Source: Verrucomicrobiota bacterium
Lineage (GTDB): Bacteria > Verrucomicrobiota > Verrucomicrobiia > Limisphaerales > VHCN01
Direction of reading: 5' to 3'
Assembly: GCA_016871675.1 (NCBI GenBank)
Contig: VHCN01000013.1
Location: 1,621 to 65,620, forward strand
DNA length: 64,000 bases
This document shows positions 18,848-33,520 of the stretch, piece after piece. The position numbers and the translations under genes were made by a program. Numbering within the stretch: position 1 is the stretch's first letter; the number at the start of each line of letters is the position of its first letter. The notes beneath the pieces are model-generated. The model was not told the DNA's origin. It was given only the letters and a program-made list of their open reading frames with translations, and searched no databases.

Positions 18848-19498
18848 TCAGCCGGCGGGTTGATACCCGTGACGGGCGAGCGCGGCTTCGACAAGTTGCG
18901 GCAGGGCGCGGCAGGATTCGTCCACGCACTGCATCACGTCGCCATTCACCAAGCCCGCGGCGGGCGCGGCCGCGACCACGAACCGGCGGGTCGTGGCTTG
19001 CGCGTAGTGCAGCATTCCTTGTCGCAGCGGCAGCGAAAACACGGAGAGTGCCAGCCCGAAGACAAGTGTGTGCCACGCGTGCGCCTGTCCGGCGTCCACC
19101 GCCGCGATGTAGCGCTGGACGAGCCGCCGGTCGCGCAGCGGCCGGAGCTTGTGAAGCTGGCGCCGCCCGACAGCCTGGCTGGCGGCTTTGAATGGCGCCG
19201 GCAGCGGCGCGGCTGAAAGCTCCCGGTCGAACGAAAGCAACTCGCGCAATTCGTTGCGGTCCGAGTGACGATGCGCGCGGAGGATGGCCGGGAGATCCAC
19301 CGCCGCGAGCGCGCGCGACTGGAATTCCTCCACGAAGGCCCGCAACCCGGCGGCGGAGCGCGGCGGCTGGGTGGCGAAGCCCGCGGCGACGCCATCGGGG
19401 ACCAGGTCAGCGGCGTCGCCGAGCTGCGCGAGCAGCGGTCGGGACTCGCCGTCGCGCGCCGGGGCGCTGGAGAGCATCGGTTGTGCGGGCCGGGCCAT
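18848..19498 (-). CDS. Hypothetical protein; weak by-eye resemblance to UreF-family helical proteins
   Basis: ORF 18848..19771. The upstream 91 codons are Arg/Pro-rich and overlap the divergent promoter region, so I start at ATG 19498 (217 aa). LLAQLGDAADLVPDGVAAGF, DLPAILRA and HAWHTLVFGLALSVFSLPLRQGMLHYAQATTRRFVVAAA loosely parallel UreF motifs. Unverified. Confidence 0.5.
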   Translation of the reverse strand: MARPAQPMLSSAPARDGESRPLLAQLGDAADLVPDGVAAGFATQPPRSAAGLRAFVEEFQSRALAAVDLPAILRAHRHSDRNELRELLSFDRELSAAPLPAPFKAASQAVGRRQLHKLRPLRDRRLVQRYIAAVDAGQAHAWHTLVFGLALSVFSLPLRQGMLHYAQATTRRFVVAAAPAAGLVNGDVMQCVDESCRALPQLVEAALARHGYQPAG

Positions 19499-19739
19499 CG
19501 CGGGAGCAGGTTCGTTGAACCTGCTGTAGCACCGCGGCCCGGCTGGCGACAAAGGAAAACCTTTCCGCGCGGCGGATTTTCCCGTTGACCACGGACGGCG
19601 TCGCGATTCGTGAAAATGGCGTGGCTTGGCGGGGCGTGCATTTCGTCCGCTTTGCTGCTTGTCGGCGAAACGACGTTGGCTAATGTTGCTCGGTTCGTCG
19701 GGCTCGCGACGCGGGCGGTTCACAACCGCACGGCGAGCG

Positions 19740-24533
<4,794 letters not shown>

Positions 24534-24630
24534 CAACAAGCGGTTCGCAAGCGCGGTTCGCATCCTCCGCCGGGGAATTCCCTCGACGGGAATGTTTGAT
24601 GCCCGTTACGCCTCATACCGTCAGAATGCC

Positions 24631-25407
24631 ATGACTCCCACAACGCTTCACACACGCAAATCAGCCTTCACGCTGATCGAACTGCTCGTCGTCATCGCCA
24701 TCATCGCCATCCTCGCGGGGATGCTGCTTCCCGCGCTCTCCAAGGCGCAGGAAAAGGCGCGCGGCTCCAAGTGCCTCAGCAACTCGCGCCAGATCGCTTT
24801 TGCCTACAAGTTCTACGCGGACGACGCCGACGGGAAAGTCGTGGAACTCGCCCGCGCGAACGTGCAGGTTCCCAACCCCGTCGCGCCGAACGGCGGAACC
24901 TACGTGTGGTGGCCGGACCTGCTGCTTCCGAACCTCGGCGGGGCGCGGGAAATCTTCAAGTGCCCCAGCGTGCGCGTCGGCAACGGCATCGGCATCGGCA
25001 TGAACCATCCGGACCTCGGGTTCTGGATTCCGACCGGGAATAACTCCCTCAAGGAGCACCAGATCGCGAACCCGGAGAACACCATCGTGATCGCAGACGC
25101 GGCAAGCATGTCGCAGGCATCCACGCCCACACCGACGCTGGATCCGGACAATTGGCGGCCCGCGGTGCCCTTCTCCGGCACGCTCCTCTGGCGCACGCCG
25201 CGCAATGAGCCGTGGTATAGCGGTTACGGTGCCTCGGGCGGCACGTTCGCCGAGCGGGTTTTCAACCGGCACAACGGGCGCACAACGGCCGTGTTCGTGA
25301 ACGGCCGCGCAGAGCCGATGAAGGCGAGCCAGTTTGGATTTCAGAATCCCGCCACTGGCGCGACCGTCTTGCAGCGCGATCCGATCGCGCTCTGGGACAT
25401 TTTCTAG
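24631..25407 (+). CDS. Prepilin-type N-terminal cleavage/methylation domain protein (H-X9-DG-like, NG variant)
   Basis: ORF 24460..25407 overlaps the PFOR 3' end. ATG 24631 gives [45 protein letters not shown]-terminal [15 protein letters not shown] resembles H-X9-DG, with N replacing D. Confidence 0.8.
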   Translation: MTPTTLHTRKSAFTLIELLVVIAIIAILAGMLLPALSKAQEKARGSKCLSNSRQIAFAYKFYADDADGKVVELARANVQVPNPVAPNGGTYVWWPDLLLPNLGGAREIFKCPSVRVGNGIGIGMNHPDLGFWIPTGNNSLKEHQIANPENTIVIADAASMSQASTPTPTLDPDNWRPAVPFSGTLLWRTPRNEPWYSGYGASGGTFAERVFNRHNGRTTAVFVNGRAEPMKASQFGFQNPATGATVLQRDPIALWDIF

Positions 25408-25439
25408 GCCGAAGTTCCTCCTCGCCCGGCCGGGTGGCG

Positions 25440-26825
25440 TCAGGCCTTCTCTTCGATCAACTCGCGGCGGCCGCCGCCGAGCAGTTGCTCGATGAAGTTG
25501 GTGGAGTAAACGCCCCGCCGGAAGTTCGGGTCCTGAAGGATGGCTTGCTCAAAGGGGATGGTGGTCTTCACTCCCGTGATCATGAACTCGCCGAGCGCGC
25601 GGTTCATCCGCTCCATCGCCTCGCGGCGGTCCTTGCCGTGAGTGATGAGCTTGCCGATCATCGAGTCGTAGAACGGGGGGATGGTGTAGCCGGCGTAGGC
25701 ATGGCTGTCCACGCGCACGCCGCGGCCGCCCGCGCTGTAATACATCTCGATGCGCCCGGGGCTCGGGCGGAAGTCGTCGAAGGGGTCTTCCGCATTGATG
25801 CGGCACTCGATGGAATGGCCCTTGAACTGGATGTCGCCCTGCGAAATGCGGAGTTGCTCGCCCGAGGCGATGAGGATTTGCTGTCGGATCAAATCCACGC
25901 CCGTGACCTCCTCGGTGATGGGGTGCTCGACCTGGATGCGCTTGTTGACCTCGAGGAAATAGAAGTTCCCGCGGTCGTCGCAGACGAACTCGACGGTGCC
26001 GGCGTTGGTGTAGTTGGCGGCCTCGGCGATGCGCAGGGCGGCCTTGCCCATCTTCTTGCGGTGGTCCTTGAACTCCTTGCGCTCGAACAGCGGAGAGGGC
26101 GTTTCCTCGATGACCTTCTGGTGCCGGCGCTGGATGGAGCAGTCGCGCTCGCCGAGGTGGATGATGTTGCCCTTGGCGTCGCCGAGGATCTGAAACTCGA
26201 TGTGGTGCGGGTTCTCGATGTATTTCTCGATGTAAACTCCCGCGTTGCTGAAGGCCTTTTCCGCCTCGGCGCGCGAAGTGTGGAAGCCCTTGATCATCGA
26301 GATGTCGTTGTGGGCGACGCGCATCCCGCGTCCGCCGCCGCCGGCGACGGCCTTGATCAGGACGGGGTAGCCGATTTTCTTCGCCACGGCGAGGGCTTCC
26401 TGTTCGCTCTCAACCAGGCCATCGGAGCCGGGGGGCGTCGGCACGCCTGCCTTCTTGGCGAGCGCCCGGCTCACTTGCTTGTCTTCCAATGCCTTCATCG
26501 TCCGGGAGTTCGGGCCGATGAATCGGATGTTGCAGCTCTCGCAGACGTCGGCGAAGTGGGCGTTTTCGGACAGAAACCCGTAGCCGGGATGGATGGCGTC
26601 CACGTCGCTGATCTCAGCCGCCGAAATCAGCCGGTCAATCCGCAGGTAACTGTCGGTCGCCTGACCTTTGCCGATGCAGATCGCCTCGTCGGCCAGTTGC
26701 ACGTGCATGGAGTTGGCATCGGCTTCGGAGTAAACCGCGACCGTTCGGATGTTCATTTCCTTGCAGGCGCGGATGACCCGGACCGCGATCTCGCCACGGT
26801 TGGCGACGAGGACTTTTTCGAACAT
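25440..26825 (-). CDS. accC: Acetyl-CoA carboxylase biotin carboxylase subunit
   Basis: 461 aa. [27 protein letters not shown]-grasp GGGGRGMRV, and [14 protein letters not shown]. Confidence 0.95.
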   Translation of the reverse strand: MFEKVLVANRGEIAVRVIRACKEMNIRTVAVYSEADANSMHVQLADEAICIGKGQATDSYLRIDRLISAAEISDVDAIHPGYGFLSENAHFADVCESCNIRFIGPNSRTMKALEDKQVSRALAKKAGVPTPPGSDGLVESEQEALAVAKKIGYPVLIKAVAGGGGRGMRVAHNDISMIKGFHTSRAEAEKAFSNAGVYIEKYIENPHHIEFQILGDAKGNIIHLGERDCSIQRRHQKVIEETPSPLFERKEFKDHRKKMGKAALRIAEAANYTNAGTVEFVCDDRGNFYFLEVNKRIQVEHPITEEVTGVDLIRQQILIASGEQLRISQGDIQFKGHSIECRINAEDPFDDFRPSPGRIEMYYSAGGRGVRVDSHAYAGYTIPPFYDSMIGKLITHGKDRREAMERMNRALGEFMITGVKTTIPFEQAILQDPNFRRGVYSTNFIEQLLGGGRRELIEEKA

Positions 26826-26857
26826 GACGGGGGGAAGGTGGCTTGAACCGGCTTGGG

Positions 26858-27325
26858 TCAGGTGGGGCGAATCTTGAACAGCGACTGGCCAAACTCGACC
26901 GGCTTGCCGTTCTCGGCTTGAACCTGCGTGATGACGCCTCGGACCTCGGCCTTGATTTCGTTCATCACCTTCATGGCTTCGATGATGCAGACCACGGTAT
27001 CGGGGCCGACTTCGGTTCCAACCTCCACGTAGGCCGCGGCTTCGGGCGATGGTGATCGGTAAAAAGTCCCGATCATGGGCGACTTGATGTCCGCCTCGGG
27101 ACCGGGATGCGGCGCAGGCGATGGGACCACGCTGGCAGGGGCCGCGGCCGCCGGGGCTTGGGCCGGCAGATAAGCCTGCGCGGGCGCGTCGTCGTAGGCC
27201 ACGACAGGATTTCCATTGAGTCCGCGCTTGAGGCGAATCTTGAAATCCTGACGCTCCATCTCGAACTCCGAAATGGCGTTCTTCTTCATCAGGTCAATGA
27301 TGGCCTTGATGTCTTTCAGATCCAC
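26858..27325 (-). CDS. accB: Acetyl-CoA carboxylase biotin carboxyl carrier protein
   Basis: 155 aa. Pro/Ala linker and biotinyl-lysine motif [12 protein letters not shown]. Immediately upstream of accC. Confidence 0.9.
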   Translation of the reverse strand: MDLKDIKAIIDLMKKNAISEFEMERQDFKIRLKRGLNGNPVVAYDDAPAQAYLPAQAPAAAAPASVVPSPAPHPGPEADIKSPMIGTFYRSPSPEAAAYVEVGTEVGPDTVVCIIEAMKVMNEIKAEVRGVITQVQAENGKPVEFGQSLFKIRPT

Positions 27326-27537
27326 AGGAGTCTCCTGGTTGAGGGTTGGGGAGCCGGCGCGTAGGGACGGTTCGCTTCTGGGCAGAAGGGCAAGACTTGG
27401 TTCCGGCTCGGCTTCGATTGGGTCATCAGCGGGTGGAGGTTAGGAATGGCCCGGGGGTGCGTCAAGCACCGTTTATGGGGAAGACCCGAGCCCAAGGCAG
27501 GCTGGGAATTGGTGAAAAACCGCCTTTTCAACCAAGT

Positions 27538-27975
27538 CTACCGCCGGATTATTGTTAAAGCCGCCTCCAAGCCGAGCAGATACGAGTCGGGACCGAATCC
27601 AGCGATCTGACCCTTGCAAACCGCCGCGATCATGGAGTGGTGCCTGAACTCCTCCCGCGCGTGAATGTTTGAAAGGTGAATCTCAATCGTCGGCACCGCC
27701 ACCGCTGTGATGGCGTCCCGGAGGGCGATACTGGTGTGCGTCAGGGCTCCTGCATTGATAACGATGGCTTGGAATTCCCCCTTTGACCGCTGAATCCAAG
27801 TTACGAGGTCACCTTCAGAGTTCGACTGGCGGAACTCGACGTCAACCGAAGCCTTCGACGCGCGATCCCGCACCGCAGCCTCAATGTCTGCCAAGCTGGT
27901 CTTCCCGTAGATGTCCGTCTCGCGTTGACCGAGCAGGTTCAGGTTGGGCCCGTTGAGGAAGAGTATCCGGCTCAT
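27538..27975 (-). CDS. aroQ: Type II 3-dehydroquinate dehydratase
   Basis: 145 aa. ILFLNGPNLNLLGQRE..IYG, FRQSNSEG, INAGALTHTSIALRDA and IEIHLSNIHAREEFRH are all AroQ hallmarks. The start overlaps the upstream gene's stop by 4 nt. Confidence 0.9.
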   Translation of the reverse strand: MSRILFLNGPNLNLLGQRETDIYGKTSLADIEAAVRDRASKASVDVEFRQSNSEGDLVTWIQRSKGEFQAIVINAGALTHTSIALRDAITAVAVPTIEIHLSNIHAREEFRHHSMIAAVCKGQIAGFGPDSYLLGLEAALTIIRR

Positions 27976-29408
27976 GCGCGGGTGAGGCTAGCGGCGGCGG
28001 TTTCGGGTGTCGAATCCAAAGCTGGCTGCTCTCGCCAAAGGCAGCCAAGCAGTAGGAACGCAGTCCAGGCCGAGGCCGGGATGTAGAGGCCGAACTCCAC
28101 GATCCCCTGCATCGCCCAGCCCGCGAGCCCGAGCCAGACGGCGAAGGTCAGGTCATCCCGTGCGGTGCGCCTGGCGAGCAGCACGATGGAGCCTCCGATG
28201 AAAAGGCAGTAGGCGAGGCATCCCGGCCATCCCGAGTCACTCGCCTGCTGGAGGTAGTCGTTGTGAGCGAGTCGCGCCATCTCGGACTCGGGCTTCTTGG
28301 TAACCTTGTAGACGGCGAAAAAGGTTCCCGGCCCGGAGCCGAGCACCGGATGCTTCGCGGCGTTCTCCCAAGCAGCGGTCCAATAATCCAGCCGGGCGGC
28401 TGCGCTGGTCGCCCCCCGCGAGAAGTAATCACGATACTTGATCGCCAGTCCTGCCGCGCCGCTGATAATGAGCAACGTCGCCAGGCCGACCTTGAGGGTT
28501 TTAGCCAACGGCAGGCGCAACAGCGTCAGGACACCGAGTGCGAGCGCGACGAGCCAGCCGGACTTCGACCCCGACCAATACAGGCACGCGATTCCGACAT
28601 ACGCCACGGAGCCAACGAGCGCGCCGTGAGGCACGTTGCCGAGCCGTCGCGTCCAGTCCCGGGTGGACACGAGCGCCAGCGGGAGGAGCAGGAGGATGAC
28701 ACCGGCGAGCGCGTTCGGGTAGACGAGCGTGCCGAAGATTCGCCCGCTGGCCAGCTTGTGTTCCACCGCGGGATTGACCGTGAGCGAGCCGTCGGGCTTG
28801 CGCACCAGCATGCGGGTCATTTCGAGTTGCCGGACTTCTGCGGGCGGCACATTCGTCCAGCCAGACATTTCGTTCTCCTCGAAGAAGCGGCGGTTCGACT
28901 CAAAGCCGCCGTGGTGCTGGTGAATCCCGGCCGCGAGCACGACCAGCAATCCCGCCACCAACCCGGGTCGCACTCGCCGGAGCCCGCTTCCCGCGCCGCC
29001 TGCAGAGCAAAGTCCAAGGTAGAAACACGCCGTGCTCGCCACGAAGTGGGCGATGGTCAGCCGGGTCAGCGGGGGATCGATCGTCCGCGCGGATGCCAGC
29101 AACTGCCAGCCGAGCCAGAGCGCGGGCATCCAAAGCATCCACGCCGGGTTGGCCGCCGGTTTTCGGACCACGAACAATCCCGCGACCGCGAGAACCGCGA
29201 GCATCACGTAGCCCCACGACATCGGCCACGGTTCGGAGATCACCTCGCCCAAACCCGCCGGCGGTGGATACATCGTTCCGGCGTCGAGGAGGACCGGGTT
29301 GCCGAGCTTGAGCAGCGCAATCCCGAGAAAACACCCGGCCGCGACCGCAAACACGCCCCGGCCCGTGGCCGTGCCGGCGGCTTCCGCTCGTGGTGGGGGT
29401 GGGGCCAT
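27972..29408 (-). CDS. O-antigen ligase (Wzy_C) family membrane protein
   Basis: 478 aa, polytopic. Periplasmic-loop motif RLAHNDYLQQASDSGWPG resembles the O-antigen ligase/Wzy_C signature (H-N-x-Y-L). Confidence 0.75.
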   Translation of the reverse strand: MAPPPPRAEAAGTATGRGVFAVAAGCFLGIALLKLGNPVLLDAGTMYPPPAGLGEVISEPWPMSWGYVMLAVLAVAGLFVVRKPAANPAWMLWMPALWLGWQLLASARTIDPPLTRLTIAHFVASTACFYLGLCSAGGAGSGLRRVRPGLVAGLLVVLAAGIHQHHGGFESNRRFFEENEMSGWTNVPPAEVRQLEMTRMLVRKPDGSLTVNPAVEHKLASGRIFGTLVYPNALAGVILLLLPLALVSTRDWTRRLGNVPHGALVGSVAYVGIACLYWSGSKSGWLVALALGVLTLLRLPLAKTLKVGLATLLIISGAAGLAIKYRDYFSRGATSAAARLDYWTAAWENAAKHPVLGSGPGTFFAVYKVTKKPESEMARLAHNDYLQQASDSGWPGCLAYCLFIGGSIVLLARRTARDDLTFAVWLGLAGWAMQGIVEFGLYIPASAWTAFLLLGCLWREQPALDSTPETAAASLTRA

Positions 29409-29436
29409 GGTGCCTTCGATCGCGCGAGGGCTCGCG

Positions 29437-30468
29437 TCAGAGGCGGAGCTTCAAGAGCCCCACCTCGAGTGCGAGCGCCTCCTGGACGTTCGTATGAAGC
29501 AACCGCTGAACGTGCTCCATCGCGCGGAGGTTCTCGGTCGCGTCCGGCTCGGCGATGCGTTGCCCGACGGTGCGGGTGTGGCCGGCGAGGTCGGCGAACA
29601 TCGCCATTTCCCCGGCGAGCCCGAGCCGGGCGAGCCAGACATCGCGGAGCCATCCCTGCAACGCGCGCATAACCTCCGATCGCCGGCGCCGATACTCCGC
29701 CTCGATCGCGGCCTTGAGCTCGTCTTCCCATTGCTCGCGCAACTTGGGGTCCACATCGTCGAACCGGGCCAGCGGCGAGCGGGCCGTCTCGGCCTGCTCC
29801 ACTTCCTCGCGCATCGAGGCCAGCCGGGCGAGCAGCGTGCCGAGCAGCCGGTATCGCGCGAGCAAGCCCGGCATTTCCGAGGCTGCGGTGGCGCTGAATT
29901 CCGCCAGCCACGCCCGCGACTCGCCGTCCAGCGGACTGCTTCCGTCGCCTGCGAGGCTCAGGCGCAGGCACCGCGACGACACCGTCTCGAGCAAACGCTG
30001 CGGCTCCGTGCTCAAGAGCAGCAGCACCGAGCGCGCCGGCGGCTCCTCAAGTGTCTTCAGGAAAATGTTCGCCGCGTCCTCGTTCATCCGGTCCGCGGCC
30101 GTGATCACTGCGACTTTGAACTGCGCCTCGGCGGGCTTGAGGTGAACCGCGCCGATGAGCTCGCGCGTCGACTCCACCAGGATCTGCCGCAACTTGGACT
30201 CCGGCCGTATCCAATGCACGTCCGGGTGCGACCCGCCCGCGATGCGCCGGCACGGTGAGCAGCGACCGCAGCAATCCAGCGCCGCGCCGCCGGGGCTGCG
30301 CCGGGGCGATTCGCAGTTCAAGACCTGTGCGAGCGTGCGCGCCACGGCTTCGAGTTCACCGAGCCGGTCGCCCGTGAACAAATACGCGTGGCCAAGGCGC
30401 CCGCGCTCGAGGCTCCGCTGCAGGAGCCCGATGGCCCGTTGCTGTTCGCTGAAATCGGCGAGCGGCAT
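29437..30468 (-). CDS. holB: DNA polymerase III subunit delta' (clamp-loader AAA+)
   Basis: ORF 29437..31329. The upstream 286 codons are Arg/Gly-rich antisense of the divergent lipoprotein gene. ATG 30468 gives MPLADFSEQQRAIGLLQRSLERGRLGHAYLFTGDRLGELEAVARTLAQVLNCE...CGRCSPCRRI (Zn module), FKVAVITAADRMNEDAANIFLKTLEEPP. Confidence 0.8.
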   Translation of the reverse strand: MPLADFSEQQRAIGLLQRSLERGRLGHAYLFTGDRLGELEAVARTLAQVLNCESPRRSPGGAALDCCGRCSPCRRIAGGSHPDVHWIRPESKLRQILVESTRELIGAVHLKPAEAQFKVAVITAADRMNEDAANIFLKTLEEPPARSVLLLLSTEPQRLLETVSSRCLRLSLAGDGSSPLDGESRAWLAEFSATAASEMPGLLARYRLLGTLLARLASMREEVEQAETARSPLARFDDVDPKLREQWEDELKAAIEAEYRRRRSEVMRALQGWLRDVWLARLGLAGEMAMFADLAGHTRTVGQRIAEPDATENLRAMEHVQRLLHTNVQEALALEVGLLKLRL

Positions 30469-30582
30469 GCGCGTGAACCTACCGCCGCCGCGCGGATTGT
30501 GGAGAAGAAAGACGCAGACCGGGAAACTCGCGCCGCTTTCGGTTTGCCTCGTGGGGCGGACTCTGGCAATCACAGCGCCACC

Positions 30583-32226
30583 ATGCGACGCATCTTGTTC
30601 CTTCTCGCGCCCGGCCTGCTCGCGTTCGGAGCCGGGTGCAGGGACAAGTCCGTCGCGCCGAACCCGCGCGAGCCGGTCACCAAGTCCGCCGCCGCGCCCG
30701 CCCCGCCGGAGGTCGCGATCGCGCTGCACTTCGCCGGCTTGGAGGCCCTCTCGAAGAATCCCGCCGCTTCGAAGCAAGCCGGGATGTTCCAGGCGCCGGC
30801 CACGCGCGCGCTCGTTCATGCGGCGCTGGAGAAGCTCGCCGTTGCGGCGACGCGCGGATTCGCCACAAGCAGCAACGCGACCGCGGAGTTCCTCGCGCCA
30901 ATGCGACCGCTGCTCGCCGACATCCCGACGGTCGAATCGGTCGTCGCCGTGCGCGGGACGGCTGCGTCCGAGGATTGGGCGCTCGCGTTGCGGCTCGGCC
31001 CGGCGCGCCTCGCGGCGTGGACGAATCAGTTGCAGACCGCCGTCAAGAAACTCCCCTCGCCCTCGTGGAATCTCGGCCTGGTCAGGGGCGTGGTTCACGG
31101 CGACTTTGGAGGTGCGGACCCGAAGGTTCGCGTCAAGTTCCAGCAAGTCGGCGACTGGCTGTTGTTCGGCGGCGGCCCGGGCAAGCGCGCCTTGCTCGAG
31201 GCGTGGCTGGCGGACGCGAAGTCGTCCGGCACCCCGCGGCCTCCGCTCGGCGCGGACTGGCTGCGCGTCGAGGCCGGCCCCCAGCTTGCGCGCCTGCTCG
31301 ACTGGCCGGACCTCGCGGACTGGCCGCACTTGACGGCGGGTTTCTCTTCGCGCTCGGACATCGTCCGCACCGAGGCGCGGCTTTCATGGCGCGAGCCGAT
31401 GGTTTCGAGCCTGCAGCCGTGGCAGGTGCCGACCAACACCATCCGTGACCCGCTCGTCAGTTTCACCGCGGCTCGCGGCGTGGCGCCGTGGCTCGGGCGA
31501 AACGCGGCGTTGCGGACGTCCGCCGCCGGCCCGGTGCCTGACCAGTGGTTCAGTTGGTCGCGTTCCGACATCCCGTTCCAGACGCTTTTCGCGCTGCCCG
31601 CGAAGGACGCCGCGGCGCGGGTGCCCGCGTTGTTGCAACCGCTCGAATCCGCGGCGCGCGCGGCGCTCGGGACGAACTTCACCGGCCGCATTCACCACGT
31701 CACGGACCGCAACGAGGTCGTGTGGAGCGGGCTGCCGATTCTCGTGCCGTTCGTCGGGGTCGCGCCGGAGCCGTCCGGCAGCTTCATTCTCGGGGGCTTG
31801 ATGTCCGGCATCGTGCCGCAAGGCGTGAACACCAATCCGGCACCCGCCGAATTGCTCGCGCAGCTCGGCCGCACGAACCTCGTCTACTACGACTGGGAGG
31901 TGACGCAGTTCCGGCTCCAGCAGGTGCGCCAGACGCGGCAGTTGCTGCAACTGCTCGGCGGCCCGGGCGCGGGCTTGATGGGCCGGACGCCGGGGCAGGC
32001 CTGGCTCGACGCGATCGCGCCGCAACTCGGCAACACCATCACCGAGGCGACGATCGACGGGCCGAAGGAGCTGCGGGTCATCCGCAATTCGCACGCGGGG
32101 CTCACGGGCTTCGAGTTGCTCATGCTCGCGCGCTGGCTCGACAACCCGGATTTCCCCGCGTGGCGCGAGCCGGCGGCTGCGTTTCCCGGCCTGCCGCCGG
32201 TGCCGTCGCTGCCGCCGGGGAAGTGA
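30583..32226 (+). CDS. Large lipoprotein of unknown function
   Basis: ORF 30388..32226. ATG 30583 gives MRRILFLLAPGLLAFGAGC (lipobox). 547 aa, Trp/Pro-rich. No family recognised. Divergent from holB. Confidence 0.6.
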   Translation: MRRILFLLAPGLLAFGAGCRDKSVAPNPREPVTKSAAAPAPPEVAIALHFAGLEALSKNPAASKQAGMFQAPATRALVHAALEKLAVAATRGFATSSNATAEFLAPMRPLLADIPTVESVVAVRGTAASEDWALALRLGPARLAAWTNQLQTAVKKLPSPSWNLGLVRGVVHGDFGGADPKVRVKFQQVGDWLLFGGGPGKRALLEAWLADAKSSGTPRPPLGADWLRVEAGPQLARLLDWPDLADWPHLTAGFSSRSDIVRTEARLSWREPMVSSLQPWQVPTNTIRDPLVSFTAARGVAPWLGRNAALRTSAAGPVPDQWFSWSRSDIPFQTLFALPAKDAAARVPALLQPLESAARAALGTNFTGRIHHVTDRNEVVWSGLPILVPFVGVAPEPSGSFILGGLMSGIVPQGVNTNPAPAELLAQLGRTNLVYYDWEVTQFRLQQVRQTRQLLQLLGGPGAGLMGRTPGQAWLDAIAPQLGNTITEATIDGPKELRVIRNSHAGLTGFELLMLARWLDNPDFPAWREPAAAFPGLPPVPSLPPGK

Positions 32227-32288
32227 CGCGGCCGCTGGCGGATCATTCGTGTTGATTCGCGCCCGCGCCTGCCGTTCCCTGTGCAGCC

Positions 32289-33026
32289 ATGTTGAAACTC
32301 GGCGTCAATATCGACCACGTCGCGACGCTGCGCGAGGCGCGATACCGCGGACAGTTGCGGGGCGAACCCGACCCCGTGGCCGCCGCGCTCGCGTGCGAAC
32401 GCGCCGGCTGCCACGGCATCACGGCGCACCTGCGCGAGGATCGCCGCCATGTTCAGGACCGCGATGTCCGCGAGTTGCGCAAGCGCATCCGCACGCGTTT
32501 GAATCTCGAGATGGCGAACACGCCGGCAATCGTCCGCTTCGCGCTCGACCTGAAGCCCGACATCGTGTGCATCGTCCCCGAGCGACGGCAGGAGGTGACC
32601 ACCGAGGGCGGGGTGGACGTGCGCGCCGGGTTGAAATCCATCACCGCGACACGCCGCCGAATGAACGAAGCCGGAATCCAGGTGAGCCTGTTCATCGCGC
32701 CCGAGTCCGCGCAAGTCGAGGCGGCGGCGCAATCGGGCGCCCAGTTCATCGAGTTGCACACGGGCGCTTACGCGGAGCACTTCCGCAGCGCGCGCGGACG
32801 CAAGCGCGAGTTGCGCCGGCTCGCGTCGGCGGCGCGGCTTGCGAACGGCTTGGGGTTGCGGGTGAACGCGGGGCACGGTCTCACCTGCGAAAACGTCGAG
32901 CCAATGCTCGCGTGCGTGCCGCATCTGGTGGAACTGAACATCGGGCATCACATCATCAGCCGCGCCGTCTTCATGGGCATCGAGCGCGCGGTGGGGGAGA
33001 TGCTGGAGGCGATGCGGCGCGCGTGA
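32289..33026 (+). CDS. pdxJ: Pyridoxine 5'-phosphate synthase
   Basis: 245 aa. MLKLGVNIDHVATLREAR, HGITAHLREDRRH, ELHTGAYA and NAGHGL. Confidence 0.95.
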   Translation: MLKLGVNIDHVATLREARYRGQLRGEPDPVAAALACERAGCHGITAHLREDRRHVQDRDVRELRKRIRTRLNLEMANTPAIVRFALDLKPDIVCIVPERRQEVTTEGGVDVRAGLKSITATRRRMNEAGIQVSLFIAPESAQVEAAAQSGAQFIELHTGAYAEHFRSARGRKRELRRLASAARLANGLGLRVNAGHGLTCENVEPMLACVPHLVELNIGHHIISRAVFMGIERAVGEMLEAMRRA

Positions 33027-33119
33027 AGAAGAAGAGATTTGAGTTTTCTGTGTTCAGGTCGAGGTCGTATCGCCTGTGGTAACAAGTCTGCTGTCCGCAC
33101 GCTGAACGCTGCATCTCCC

Positions 33120-33500
33120 ATGATCCTCGGCACCGGCATTGACCTCATCGAGGTGGAGCGCATCCGCGCGTCGTTCGCGAAGTTCGGCGACCGGTTCCTG
33201 CGACGCATCCTGCGGGCGGGCGAGATCGAGTATTGCCTGACGCACAAGGATCCCGCGCCCCACCTCGCGGCGCGCTTCGCGGCGAAGGAGGCCATTTCGA
33301 AGGCGTTCGGCACCGGCATCGGCGCGCAACTCGGCTGGCAGGACATGGAGATTGCGCGCCATCCGAGCGGCGAGCCGTTCGTGGTGCTGCATGAGGGCGG
33401 GGCGGCCCTGCTTGCGAGCCGGGGCGCGACGCGGATTCACGTGAGCCTGAGCCACACGGAAGGCCACGCGGCCGCGGTGGCGGTTCTGGAGAAGGACTGA
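33120..33500 (+). CDS. acpS: Holo-[acyl-carrier-protein] synthase
   Basis: ORF 33039..33500. ATG 33120 gives MILGTGIDLIEVERI...HLAARFAAKEAISKAFGTG...VSLSHTEGHAAAVAVL. Follows pdxJ, a common pairing. Confidence 0.9.
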   Translation: MILGTGIDLIEVERIRASFAKFGDRFLRRILRAGEIEYCLTHKDPAPHLAARFAAKEAISKAFGTGIGAQLGWQDMEIARHPSGEPFVVLHEGGAALLASRGATRIHVSLSHTEGHAAAVAVLEKD

Positions 33501-33520
33501 CGCCGGCCGGGTTTTCCGGA

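Noticed and set aside
27500-27537. GGTGAAAAACCGCCTTTTCAACC inverted repeat just downstream of the aroQ stop, as an intrinsic terminator
   Set aside because: The stem is mostly A-U with a bulge, and there is no convincing GC-rich stem with a U tract on the minus strand. It is too weak to annotate.
25440-27975. Lower-GC block (accC, accB, aroQ) as a possible horizontally acquired island
   Set aside because: The aroQ-accB-accC arrangement is an ancient conserved cluster of core genes. The shift is modest and fits the codon usage of highly expressed genes. No mobility genes, tRNA or repeats flank it. I did not compute GC statistics.
29437-31329. Long N-terminal extensions of holB (to 31329) and of the lipoprotein gene (from 30388)
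   Set aside because: The extensions overlap each other's coding regions on opposite strands and are Arg/Gly-rich. Internal ATGs (30468; 30583) give canonical N-termini: RGRLGHAYLFTG context for holB, and a lipobox signal peptide for the lipoprotein.
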